Origin: Eledone cirrhosa | Lineage: Eukaryota | Assembly: GCA_964016885.1 (NCBI GenBank) | Contig: OZ024756.1 | Location: forward strand, 43,276,001-43,340,000 | Reading direction: 5' to 3' | DNA length: 64,000 nucleotides | Part shown: positions 30,356-47,100 of the stretch, in pieces | Layout: every line of letters begins with the position of its first letter | Position numbering within the stretch: position 1 is the stretch's first letter | Program-made: the position numbers and the translations under genes | The notes under the pieces: generated by a model | The model's database searches: none | What the model saw: the letters and a program-made list of their open reading frames with translations, nothing else | Told to the model about the DNA's origin: nothing

Positions 30356-33300
30356 ACATTGGACACACACTAGAGAGACAGACATTGGACACACACTAGA
30401 GACAGACATTGGACACACACTAGAGACAGATATTGGACACACACTAGAGACAGACATTGGACACACACACAAGAGAGAGACATTGGTCACACACTAGAGA
30501 CAGACATTGGAGACACACACTAGAGACAGACATTGGACACGCACTAGAGAGAGAAATTGGAGACACACTAGAGAGAGACATTGCACACACACAAGAGCAC
30601 AGACATTGGACACCCACTAGAGACAGACATTGGACACACACTAGAGACAGACATTGGACACACACTAGAGACAGACATTGGACACACACTAGAGACAGAT
30701 ATTGGACACACACTAGAGACAGACATTGGACACACACACAAGAGACAGACATTGGACACCCACTAGAGACAGACATTGGAGGCACACACTAGAGACAGTC
30801 ATTGGACACACACTAGAGATAGATATTGTATACATTAGAGACAGACATTGGACACACACTAGAGACAAACATTGGACACACCAGAGACAGACATTGGACA
30901 CACACTAGAGACAGACATTGGTCACACACACTAGAGACAGACATTGGACACACACTAGAGACAGACATTGGACACACACTAGATACAGACATTGGACACA
31001 CACTAGAGATAGACATTGGACACACACTAGAGACAGACATTGGATACACACACTAGAGACAGACATTGGACACACACTAGAGACAGACATTGGAGACACA
31101 CACTAGATACAGACATTGGACACACACTAGAGACAGACATTGGACACACACTAGATACAGACATTGGACACACACTAGAGATAGACATTGGACACACACT
31201 AGAGACAGACATTGGACACACACTAGAGACAGACATTGGACACACACACTAGACAGACATTGGACACACACTAGAGACAGATATTGGAAACACACTAGAG
31301 ACAGACTTGGACACACACACTAGAGACAGGCATTGGACACACACTAGAGACAGACATTGGACACACACTAGAGACAGACATTGGACACCCACTAGAGACA
31401 GACATTGGACACACACTAGAGACAGACATTGGAGACACACACTAGAGACAGACATTGGACACACACTAGAGACAGACATTGGACACACACTAGATACAGA
31501 CATTGGACACACACACTATAGACAGATATTGGACACACACTAGAGACAGACATTGGACACACACTAGAGACAGACATTGGAGACACACACTAGATACAGA
31601 CATTGTACACACACTAGAGATAGACATGGGACACACACTAGAGACAGACATTGGACACACACTAGAGACAGACATTGGACACACACTAGAGAGACAGACA
31701 TTGAACACACACTAGAGACAGACATTGGACACACACTAGAGACAGACATTGGACACACACTAGAGACAGACATTGGACACACACTAGATACAGACATTGG
31801 ACACACACTAGAGATAGACATTGGACACACACTAGAGATAGACATTGGACACACACACTAGACAGACATTGGACACACACTAGAGACAGATATTGGAAAC
31901 ACACTAGAGACAGACTTGTACACACACACTAGAGACAGGCATTGGACACACACTAGAGACAGACATTGGACACACACTAGAGACAGACATTGGAGACACA
32001 CACTAGATACAGACATTGGACACACACTAGAGACAGACATTGGACACAGACACTAGATACAGACATTGGACACACACTAGAGATAGACATTGGACACACA
32101 CTAGAGACAGACATTGGATACACACTAGAGATAGACATTGGACACACACTAGAGACAGACATTGGACACACGCTAGAGATAGACATTGGACACACACTAG
32201 AGACAGACATTGGAGACACACAGTAGAGACAGATATTTGACACACACTAGAGATAGACATTGGACACACACTAGAGACAGACATTGGAGACACACTAGAG
32301 AGACAGACATTGGACACACACTAGAGACAGACATTGGACACACACTAGAGACAGATATTGGACACACCCTAGAGACAGACATTGGACACACACACAAGAG
32401 ACAGACATTGGACACACACTAGAGACAGACATTGGAGACACACACTAGAGACAGACATTGGACACGCACTAGAGAGAGAAATTGGAGACACACTAGAGAG
32501 AGACATTGCACACACACAAGAGCACAGACATTGGACACCCACTAGAGACAGACATTGGACACACACTAGAGACAGACATTGGACACACACTAGAGACAGA
32601 CATTGGACACACACTAGAGACAGATATTGGACACACACTAGAGACAGACATTGGACACACACACAAGAGACAGACATTGGACACCCACTAGAGACAGACA
32701 TTGGAGGCACACACTAGAGACAGTCATTGGACACACACTAGAGATAGATATTGTATACATTAGAGACAGACATTGGACACACACTAGAGACAAACATTGG
32801 ACACACCAGAGACAGACATTGGACACACACTAGATACAGACATTGGACACACACTAGAGACAGACATTGGACACACACACTAGAGACAGACATTGGACAC
32901 ACACTAGAGACAGACATTGGACACACACTAGATACAGACATTGGACACACACTAGAGATAGACATTGGACACACACTAGAGACAGACATTGGATACACAC
33001 ACTAGAGACAGACATTGGACACACACTAGAGACAGACATTGGAGACACACACTAGATACAGACATTGGACACACACTAGAGACAGACATTGGACACACAC
33101 TAGATACAGACATTGGACACACACTAGAGATAGACATTGGACACACACTAGAGACAGACATTGGACACACACTAGAGACAGACATTGGACACACACACTA
33201 GACAGACATTGGACACACACTAGAGACAGATATTGGAAACACACTAGAGACAGACTTGGACACACACACTAGAGACAGGCATTGGACACACACTAGAGAC

Positions 33301-36300
33301 AGACATTGGACACACACTAGAGACAGACATTGGACACACACTAGAGACAGACATTGGACACGCACTAGAGAGAGAAATTGGAGACACACTAGAGAGAGAC
33401 ATTGCACACACACAAGAGCACAGACATTGGACACCCACTAGAGACAGACATTGGACACACACTAGAGACAGACATTGGAGACACACACTAGAGACAGACA
33501 TTGGACACACACTAGAGACAGACATTGGACACACACTAGATACAGACATTGGACACACACACTATAGACAGATATTGGACACACACTAGAGACAGACATT
33601 GGACACACACTAGAGACAGACATTGGAGACACACACTAGATACAGACATTGTACACACACTAGAGATAGACATGGGACACACACTAGAGACAGACATTGG
33701 ACACACACTAGAGACAGACATTGGACACACACTAGAGAGACAGACATTGGACACACACTAGAGACAGACATTGGACACACACTAGAGACAGACATTGGAC
33801 AGACACTAGAGAGAGAAATTGGACACACACTAGAGAGAGACATTGCACACACACTAGAGTCAGACATTGGATACACACTAGAGACAGACATTGGACACAC
33901 ACTAGAGACAGACATTGGACACACACACTAGATACAGACATTGGACACACACACAAGAGACAGACATTGGACACACACTAGAGACAGACATTGGACACAC
34001 ACTAGAGTCAGACATTGGATACACACTAGAGACAAACATTGGACACACACTAGAGACAGACATTGAAGACACACACTAGATACAGACATTGGACACACAC
34101 TAGAGACAGACATTGGCCACACACTAGAGACACACATTGGACACACACTAGAGACAGATATTGGACACACACTAGAGACAGACATTGGACACACACACAA
34201 GAGACAGACATTGGACACACACTAGAGACAGACATTGGAGACACACACTAGAGACAGACATTGGACACGCACTAGAGAGAGAAATTGGAGACACACTAGA
34301 GAGAGACATTGCACACACACAAGAGCACAGACATTGGACACCCACTATAGAGAGACATTGGACACACACTAGAGACAGACATTGGACACACACTAGAGAC
34401 AGACATTGGACACACACTAGAGACAGATATTGGACACACACTAGAGACAGACATTGGACACACACACAAGAGACAGACATTGGACACCCACTAGAGACAG
34501 ACATTGGAGACACACACTAGAGATAGTCATTGGACACACACTAGAGATAGATATTGTATACATTAGAGACAGACATTGGACACACACTAGAGACAAACAT
34601 TGGACACACTAGAGACAGTCATTGGACACACACTAGAGACAGACATTGGACACACACTAGAGACAGACATTGGAAACACACTAGAGACAGACATTGGACA
34701 CACACTAGAGACAGACATTGGACACACACTAGAGACAGACATTGGAGACACACACTAGATACGGACATTGGACACACACTAGAGACAGACATTGGACACA
34801 CACTAGAGACAGACATTGGACACACACTAGAGACAGACGTTGGACACGCACTAGAGACAGACATTGGAGACACACACTAGATACAGACATTGGACACACA
34901 CTAGAGACAGACATTGGACACACACTAGATACAGACATTGGACACACACACAAGAGACAGACATTGGACACCCACTAGAGACAGACATTGGAGGCACACA
35001 CTAGAGACAGTCATTGGACACACACTAGAGATAGATATTGTATACATTAGAGACAGACATTGGACACACACTAGAGACAAACATTGGACACACTAGAGAC
35101 AGTCATTGGACACACACTAGAGACAGACATTGGACACACACTAGAGACAGACATTGGAAACTCACTAGAGACAGACATTGGACACACACTAGAGACAGAC
35201 ATTGGACACACACTAGAGACAGACATTGGAGACACACACTAGATACGGACATTGGACACACACTAGAGACAGACATTGGACACACACTAGAGACAGACAT
35301 TGGACACACACTAGAGGCAGACATTGGACACACACTAGAGACAGACATTGGAGACACACACTAGATACAGATATTGGACACACACTAGAGACAGACATTG
35401 GACACACACTAGATACAGACATTGGACACACACTAGAGATAGACATTGGACACACACCAGAGACAGACATTGGACACACACTAGATACAGATATTGGACA
35501 CACACTAGAGACAGACATTGGACACACACACTAGAGACAGACATTAGACACACACTAGAGACAGACATTGGACACACACTAGATACAGACATTGGACACA
35601 CACTAGAGATAGACATTGGACACACACTAGAGACAGACATTGGATACACACACTAGAGACAGACATTGGACACACACTAGAGACAGACATTGGAGACACA
35701 CACTAGATACAGACATTGGACACACACTAGAGACAGACATTGGACACACACTAGATACAGACATTGGACACACACTAGAGATAGACATTGGACACACACT
35801 AGAGACAGACATTGGACACACACTAGAGACAGACATTGGACACACACACTAGACAGACATTGGACACACACTAGAGACAGATATTGGAAACACACTAGAG
35901 ACAGACTTGGACACACACACTAGAGACAGGCATTGGACACACACTAGAGACAGACATTGGACACACACTAGAGACAGACATTGGACACACACTAGAGACA
36001 GACATTGGACACGCACTAGAGAGAGAAATTGGAGACACACTAGAGAGAGATATTGCACACACACAAGAGCACAGACATTGGACACCCACTAGAGACAGAC
36101 ATTGGACACACACTAGAGACAGACATTGGAGACACACACTAGAGACAGACATTGGACACACACTAGAGACAGACATTGGACACACACTAGATACAGACAT
36201 TGGACACACACACTATAGACAGATATTGGACAAACACTAGAGACAGACATTGGACACACACTAGAGACAGACATTGGAGACACACACTAGATACAGACAT

Positions 36301-38149
36301 TGTACACACACTAGAGATAGACATGGGACACACACTAGAGACAGACATTGGACACACACTAGAGACAGACATTGGACACACACTAGAGAGACAGACATTG
36401 GATACACACTAGAGACAGACATTGGACACACACTAGAGACAGACATTGGACACACACTAGACAGACATTGGACACACACTAGAGACAGATATTGGAAACA
36501 CACTAGAGACAGACTTGTACACACACACTAGAGACAGGCATTGGACACACACTAGAGACAGACATTGGACACACACTAGAGACAGACATTGGACACACAC
36601 TAGAGACAGACATTGGAGACACACACTAGATACAGACATTGGACACACACTAGAGACAGACATTGGACACAGACACTAGATACAGACATTGGACACACAC
36701 TACAGATAGACATTGGACACACACTAGAGACAGACATTGGACACACACTAGAGATAGACATTGGACACACACTAGAGACAGACATTGGACACACGCTAGA
36801 GATAGACATTGGACACACACTAGAGACAGACATTGGAGACACACAGTAGAGACAGACATTGGACACACACTAGAGACAGACATTGGACACACACTAGATA
36901 CAGACATTGGCCACACACACTAGAGACAGATATTTGACACACACTAGAGATAGACATTGGACACACACTAGAGACAGACATTGGAGACACACACTAGATA
37001 CAGACATTGTACACACACTAGAGATAGACATTGGACACACACTAGATACAGACATTGGACACTCACTAGAGACAGACATTGGACACACACTAGAGAGACA
37101 GACATTGGACACACACTAGAGACAGACATTGGACACACACTAGAGACAGATATTGGACACACACTAGAGACAGACATTGGACACACACACAAGAGAGAGA
37201 TATTGGACACACACTAGAGACAGACATTGGAGACACACACTAGAGACAGACATTGGACATGCACTAGAGAGAGAAATTGGAGACACACTAGAGAGAGACA
37301 TTGCACACACACAAGAGCACAGACATTGGACACCCACTAGAGACAGACATTGGACACACACTAGAGACAGACATTGGACACACACTAGAGACAGACATTG
37401 GACACACACTAGAGACAGATATTGGACACACACTAGAGACAGACATTGGACACACACACAAGAGACAGACATTGGACACCCACTAGAGACAGACATTGGA
37501 GGCACACACTAGAGACAGTCATTGGACACACACTAGAGATAGATATTGTATACATTAGAGACAGACATTGGACACACACTAGAGACAAACATTGGACACA
37601 CCAGAGACAGACATTGGACACACACTAGATACAGACATTGGACACACACTAGAGACAGACATTGGACACACACACTAGAGACAGACATTGGACACACACT
37701 AGAGACAGACATTGGACACACACTAGATACAGACATTGGACACACACTAGAGATAGACATTGGACACACACTAGAGACAGACATTGGATACACACACTAG
37801 AGACAGACATTGGACACACACTAGAGACAGACATTGGAGACACACACTAGATACAGACATTGGACACACACTAGAGACAGACATTGGACACACACTAGAT
37901 ACAGACATTGGACACACACTAGAGATAGACATTGGACACACACTAGAGACAGACATTGGACACACACTAGAGACAGACATTGGACACACACACTAGACAG
38001 ACATTGGACACACACTAGAGACAGATATTGGAAACACACTAGAGACAGACTTGGACACACACACTAGAGACAGGCATTGGACACACACTAGAGACAGACA
38101 TTGGACACACACTAGAGACAGACATTGGACACACACTAGAGACAGACAT

Positions 38150-41100
38150 TGGACACGCACTAGAGAGAGAAATTGGAGACACACTAGAGAGAGATATTGC
38201 ACACACACAAGAGCACAGACATTGGACACCCACTAGAGACAGACATTGGACACACACTAGAGACAGACATTGGACACACACTAGATACAGACATTGGACA
38301 CACACACTATAGACAGATATTGGACACACACTAGAGACAGACATTGGACACACACTAGAGACAGACATTGGAGACACACACTAGATACAGACATTGTACA
38401 CACACTAGAGATAGACATGGGACACACACTAGAGACAGACATTGGACACACACTAGAGACAGACATTGGACACACACTAGAGAGACAGACATTGGACACA
38501 CACTAGAGACAGACATTGGACACACACTAGAGACAGACATTGGACACACACTAGAGACAGACATTGGACACACACTAGATACAGACATTGGACACACACT
38601 AGAGATAGACATTGGACACACACTAGAGATAGACATTGGACACACACACTAGACAGACATTGGACACACACTAGAGACAGATATTGGAAACACACTAGAG
38701 ACAGACTTGTACACACACACTAGAGACAGGCATTGGACACACACTAGAGACAGACATTGGACACACACTAGAGACAGACATTGGACACACACTAGAGACA
38801 GACATTGGAGACACACACTAGATACAGACATTGGACACACACTAGAGACAGACATTGGACACAGACACTAGATACAGACATTGGACACACACTAGAGATA
38901 GACATTGGACACACACTAGAGACAGACATTGGATACACACTAGAGATAGACATTGGACACACACTAGAGACAGACATTGGACACACGCTAGAGATAGACA
39001 TTGGACACACACTAGAGACAGACATTGGAGACACACAGTAGAGACAGATATTTGACACACACTAGAGATAGACATTGGACACACACTAGAGACAGACATT
39101 GGAGACACACACTAGATACAGACATTGTACACACACTAGAGATAGACATTGGACACACACTAGAGACAGACATTGGACACTCACTAGAGACAGACATTGG
39201 ACACACACTAGAGAGACAGACATTGGACACACACTAGAGACAGACATTGGACACACACTAGAGACAGATATTGGACACACACTAGAGACAGACATTGGAC
39301 ACACACACAAGAGACAGACATTGGACACACACTAGAGACAGACATTGGAGACACACACTAGAGACAGACATTGGACACGCACTAGAGAGAGAAATTGGAG
39401 ACACACTAGAGACAGACATTGCACACACACAAGAGCACAGACATTGGACACCCACTAGAGACAGACATTGGACACACACTAGAGACAGACATTGGACACA
39501 CACTAGAGACAGACATTGGACACACACTAGAGACAGATATTGGACACACACTAGAGACAGACATTGGACACACACACAAGAGACAGACATTGGACACCCA
39601 CTAGAGACAGACATTGGAGGCACACACTAGAGACAGTCATTGGACACACACTAGAGATAGATATTGTATACATTAGAGACAGACATTGGACACACACTAG
39701 AGAGAAACATTGGACACACCAGAGACAGACATTGGACACACACTAGATACAGACATTGGACACACACTAGAGACAGACATTGGACACACACACTAGAGAC
39801 AGACATTGGACACACACTAGAGACAGACATTGGACACACACTAGATACAGACATTGGACACCCACTAGAGATAGACATTGGACACACACTAGAGACAGAC
39901 ATTGGATACACACACTAGAGACAGACATTGGACACACACTAGAGACAGACATTGGAGACACACACTAGATACAGACATTGGACACACACTAGAGACAGAC
40001 ATTGGACACACACTAGATACAGACATTGGACACACACTAGAGATAGACATTGGACACACACTAGAGACAGACATTGGACACACACTAGAGACAGACATTG
40101 GACACACACACTAGACAGACATTGGACACACACTAGAGACAGATATTGGAAACACACTAGAGACAGACTTGGACACACACACTAGAGACAGGCATTGGAC
40201 ACACACTAGAGACAGACATTGGACACACACTAGAGACAGACATTGGACACACACTAGAGACAGACATTGGACACGCACTAGAGAGAGAAATTGGAGACAC
40301 ACTAGAGAGAGACATTGCACACACACAAGAGCACAGACATTGGACACCCACTAGAGACAGACATTGGACACACACTAGAGACAGACATTGGAGACACACA
40401 CTAGAGACAGACATTGGACACACACTAGAGACAGACATTGGACACACACTAGATACAGACATTGGACACACACACTATAGACAGATATTGGACACACACT
40501 AGAGACAGACATTGGACACACACTAGAGACAGACATTGGAGACACACACTAGATACAGACATTGTACACACACTAGAGATAGACATGGGACACACACTAG
40601 AGACAGACATTGGACACACACTAGAGACAGACATTGGACACACACTAGAGAGACAGACATTGGACACACACTAGAGACAGACATTGGACACACACTAGAG
40701 ACAGACATTGGACAGACACTAGAGAGAGAAATTGGACACACACTAGAGAGAGACATTGCACACACACTAGAGTCAGACATTGGATACACACTAGAGACAG
40801 ACATTGGACACACACTAGAGACAGACATTGGACACACACACTAGATACAGACATTGGACACACACACAAGAGACAGACATTGGACACACACTAGAGACAG
40901 ACATTGGACACACACTAGAGTCAGACATTGGATACACACTAGAGACAGACATTGGACACACACTAGAGACAGACATTGAAGACACACACTAGATACAGAC
41001 ATTGGACACACACTAGAGACAGACATTGGACACACACTAGAGTCAGACATTGGATACACACTAGAGACAGACATTGGAGACACACTAGAGACAGACATTG

Positions 41101-44100
41101 AAGACACACACTAGATACAGACATTGGACACACACTAGAGACAGACATTGGCCACACACTAGAGACACACATTGGACACACACTAGAGACAGATATTGGA
41201 CACACACTAGAGACAGACATTGGACACACACACAAGAGACAGACATTGGACACACACTAGAGACAGACATTGGAGACACACACTAGAGACAGACATTGGA
41301 CACGCACTAGAGAGAGAAATTGGAGACACACTAGAGAGAGACATTGCACACACACAAGAGCACAGACATTGGACACCCACTATAGACAGACATTGGACAC
41401 ACACTAGAGACAGACATTGGACACACACTAGAGACAGACATTGGACACACACTAGAGACAGATATTGGACACACACTAGAGACAGACATTGGACACACAC
41501 ACAAGAGACAGACATTGGACACCCACTAGAGACAGACATTGGAGACACACACTAGAGATAGTCATTGGACACACACTAGAGATAGATATTGTATACATTA
41601 GAGACAGACATTGGACACACACTAGAGACAAACATTGGACACACTAGAGACAGTCATTGGACACACACTAGAGACAGACATTGGACACACACTAGAGACA
41701 GACATTGGAAACACACTAGAGACAGACATTGGACACACACTAGAGACAGACATTGGACACACACTAGAGACAGACATTGGAGACACACACTAGATACGGA
41801 CATTGGACACACACTAGAGACAGACATTGGACACACACTAGAGACAGACATTGGACACACACTAGAGACAGACGTTGGACACACACTAGAGACAGACATT
41901 GGAGACACACACTAGATACAGACATTGGACACACACTAGAGACAGACATTGGACACACACTAGATACAGACATTGGACACACACACAAGAGACAGACATT
42001 GGACACCCACTAGAGACAGACATTGGACACACACTAGAGATAGACATTGGACACACACTAGAGACAGACATTGGACACACACTAGAGACAGACATTGGAG
42101 ACACACACTAGAGACAGACATTGGACACACACTAGAGACAGACATTGGACACACACTAGATACAGACATTGGACACGCACTAGAGAGAGAAATTGGAGAC
42201 ACACTAGAGAGAGATATTGCACACACACAAGAGCACAGACATTGGACACCCACTAGAGACAGACATTGGACACACACTAGAGACAGACATTGGAGACACA
42301 CACTAGAGACAGACATTGGACACACACTAGAGACAGACATTGGACACACACTAGATACAGACATTGGACACACACACTATAGACAGATATTGGACACACA
42401 CTAGAGACAGACATTGGACACACACTAGAGACAGACATTGGAGACACACACTAGATACAGACATTGTACACACACTAGAGATAGACATGGGACACACACT
42501 AGAGACAGACATTGGACACACACTAGAGACAGACATTGGACACACACTAGAGAGACAGACATTGGACACACACTAGAGACAGACATTGGACACACACTAG
42601 AGACAGACATTGGACACACACTAGAGACAGACATTGGACACACACTAGATACAGACATTGGACACACACTAGAGATAGACATTGGACACACACTAGAGAT
42701 AGACATTGGACACACACACTAGACAGACATTGGACACACACTAGAGACAGATATTGGAAACACACTAGAGACAGACTTGTACACACACACTAGAGACAGG
42801 CATTGGACACACACTAGAGACAGACATTGGACACACACTAGAGACAGACATTGGACACACACTAGAGACAGACATTGGAGACACACACTAGATACAGACA
42901 TTGGACACACACTAGAGACAGACATTGGACACAGACACTAGATACAGACATTGGACACACACTAGAGATAGACATTGGACACACACTAGAGACAGACATT
43001 GGATACACACTAGAGATAGACATTGGACACACACTAGAGACAGACATTGGACACACGCTAGAGATAGACATTGGACACACACTAGAGACAGACATTGGAG
43101 ACACACAGTAGAGACAGATATTTGACACACACTAGAGATAGACATTGGACACACAATAGAGACAGACATTGGAGACACACACTAGATACAGACATTGTAC
43201 ACACACTAGAGATAGACATTGGACACACACTAGAGACAGACATTGGACACTCACTAGAGACAGACATTGGACACACACTAGAGAGACAGACATTGGACAC
43301 ACACTAGAGACAGACATTGGACACACACTAGAGACAGATATTGGACACACACTAGAGACAGACATTGGACACACACACAAGAGACAGACATTGGACACAC
43401 ACTAGAGACAGACATTGGAGACACACACTAGAGACAGACATTGGACACGCACTAGAGAGAGAAATTGGAGACACACTAGAGAGAGACATTGCACACACAC
43501 AAGAGCACAGACATTGGACACCCACTAGAGACAGACATTGGACACACACTAGAGACAGACATTGGACACACACTAGAGACAGACATTGGACACACACTAG
43601 AGACATATATTGGACACACACTAGAGACAGACATTGGACACACACACAAGAGACAGACATTGGACACCCACTAGAGACAGACATTGGAGGCACACACTAG
43701 AGACAGTCATTGGACACACACTAGAGATAGATATTGTATACATTAGAGACAGACATTGGACACACACTAGAGACAGACATTGGACACATACTAAATACAG
43801 ACATTGGACACACACTAGAGACAGACATTGGACACACACACTAGACAGACATTGGACACACACTAGAGACAGACGTTGGAAACACACTAGAGACAGACGT
43901 TGGATACACACACTAGAGACAGACATTGGACACACACTAGAGACAGACATTGGACACACACACTAGACAGACATTGAACACACACTAGAGACAGATATTG
44001 GAAACACACTAGAGACAGACTTGGACACACACACTAGAGACAGGCATTGGACACACACTAGAGACAGACATTGGACACACACTAGAGACAGACATTGGAC

Positions 44101-47100
44101 ACACACTAGAGACAGACATTGGAGACACACACTAGATACAAACATTGGACACACACTAGAGACAGACATTGGACACACACACTAGATACAGACATTGGAC
44201 ACACACTAGAGATAGACATTGGACACACACTAGAGACAGACATTGGACACACACTAGAGATAGACATTGGACACACACTAGAGACAGACATTGGACACAC
44301 ACTAGAGACAGACATTGGAGACACACACTAGAGACAGACATTGGACACACACTAGAGACAGACATTGGACACACACTAGATACAGACATTGGACACGCAC
44401 TAGAGAGAGAAATTGGAGACACACTAGAGAGAGATATTGCACACACACAAGAGCAGAGACATTGGACACCCACTAGAGACAGACATTGGACACACACTAG
44501 AGACAGACATTGGACACACACTAGATACAGACATTGGACACACACACTATAGACAGATATTGGACACACACTAGAGACAGACATTGGACACACACTAGAG
44601 ACAGACATTGGAGACACACACTAGATACAGACATTGTACACACACTAGAGATAGACATGGGACACACACTAGAGACAGACATTGGACACACACTAGAGAC
44701 AGACATTGGACACACACTAGAGAGACAGACATTGGACACACACTAGAGACAGACATTGGACACACACTAGAGACAGACATTGGACACACACTAGAGACAG
44801 ACATTGGACACACACTAGATACAGACATTGGACACACACTAGAGATAGACATTGGACACACACTAGAGATAGACATTGGACACACACACTAGACAGACAT
44901 TGGACACACACTAGAGACAGATATTGGAAACACACTAGAGACAGACTTGTACACACACACTAGAGACAGGCATTGGACACACACTAGAGACAGACATTGG
45001 ACACACACTAGAGACAGACATTGGACACACACTAGAGACAGACATTGGAGACACACACTAGATACAGACATTGGACACACACTAGAGACAGACATTGGAC
45101 ACAGACACTAGATACAGACATTGGACACACACTAGAGATAGACATTGGACACACACTAGAGACAGACATTGGATACACACTAGAGATAGACATTGGACAC
45201 ACACTAGAGACAGACATCGGACACACGCTAGAGATAGACATTGGACACACACTAGAGACAGACATTGGAGACACACAGTAGAGACAGATATTTGACACAC
45301 ACTAGAGATAGACATTGGACACACACTAGAGACAGACATTGGAGACACACACTAGATACAGACATTGTACACACACTAGAGATAGACATTGGACACACAC
45401 TAGAGACAGACATTGGACACTCACTAGAGACAGACATTGGACACACACTAGAGAGACAGACATTGGACACACACTAGAGACAGACATTGGACACACACTA
45501 GAGACAGATATTGGACACACACTAGAGACAGACATTGGACACACACACAAGAGACAGACATTGGACACACACTAGAGACAGACATTGGAGACACACACTA
45601 GAGACAGACATTGGACACGCACTAGAGAGAGAAATTGGAGACACACTAGAGACAGACATTGCACACACACAAGAGCACAGACATTGGACACCCACTAGAG
45701 ACAGACATTGGACACACACTAGAGACAGACATTGGACACACACTAGAGACAGACATTGGACACACACTAGAGACAGATATTGGACACACACTAGAGACAG
45801 ACATTGGACACACACACAAGAGACAGACATTGGACACCCACTAGAGACAGACATTGGAGGCACACACTAGAGACAGTCATTGGACACACACTAGAGATAG
45901 ATATTGTATACATTAGAGACAGACATTGGACACACACTAGAGAGAAACATTGGACACACCAGAGACAGACATTGGACACACACTAGATACAGACATTGGA
46001 CACACACTAGAGACAGACATTGGACACACACACTAGAGACAGACATTGGACACACACTAGAGACAGACATTGGACACACACTAGATACAGACATTGGACA
46101 CCCACTAGAGATAGACATTGGACACACACTAGAGACAGACATTGGATACACACACTAGAGACAGACATTGGACACACACTAGAGACAGACATTGGAGACA
46201 CACACTAGATACAGACATTGGACACACACTAGAGACAGACATTGGACACACACTAGATACAGACATTGGACACACACTAGAGATAGACATTGGACACACA
46301 CTAGAGACAGACATTGGACACACACTAGAGACAGACATTGGACACACACACTAGACAGACATTGGACACACACTAGAGACAGATATTGGAAACACACTAG
46401 AGACAGACTTGGACACACACACTAGAGACAGGCATTGGACACACACTAGAGACAGACATTGGACAAACACTAGAGACAGACATTGGACACACACTAGAGA
46501 CAGACATTGGACACGCACTAGAGAGAGAAATTGGAGACACACTAGAGAGAGACATTGCACACACACAAGAGCACAGACATTGGACACCCACTAGAGACAG
46601 ACATTGGACACACACTAGAGACAGACATTGGAGACACACACTAGAGACAGACATTGGACACACACTAGAGACAGACATTGGACACACACTAGATACAGAC
46701 ATTGGACACACACACTATAGACAGATATTGGACACACACTAGAGACAGACATTGGACACACACTAGAGACAGACATTGGAGACACACACTAGATACAGAC
46801 ATTGTACACACACTAGAGATAGACATGGGACACACACTAGAGACAGACATTGGACACACACTAGAGACAGACATTGGACACACACTAGAGAGACAGACAT
46901 TGGACACACACTAGAGACAGACATTGGACACACACTAGAGACAGACATTGGACAGACACTAGAGAGAGAAATTGGACACACACTAGAGAGAGACATTGCA
47001 CACACACTAGAGTCAGACATTGGATACACACTAGAGACAGACATTGGACACACACTAGAGACAGACATTGGACACACACACTAGATACAGACATTGGACA

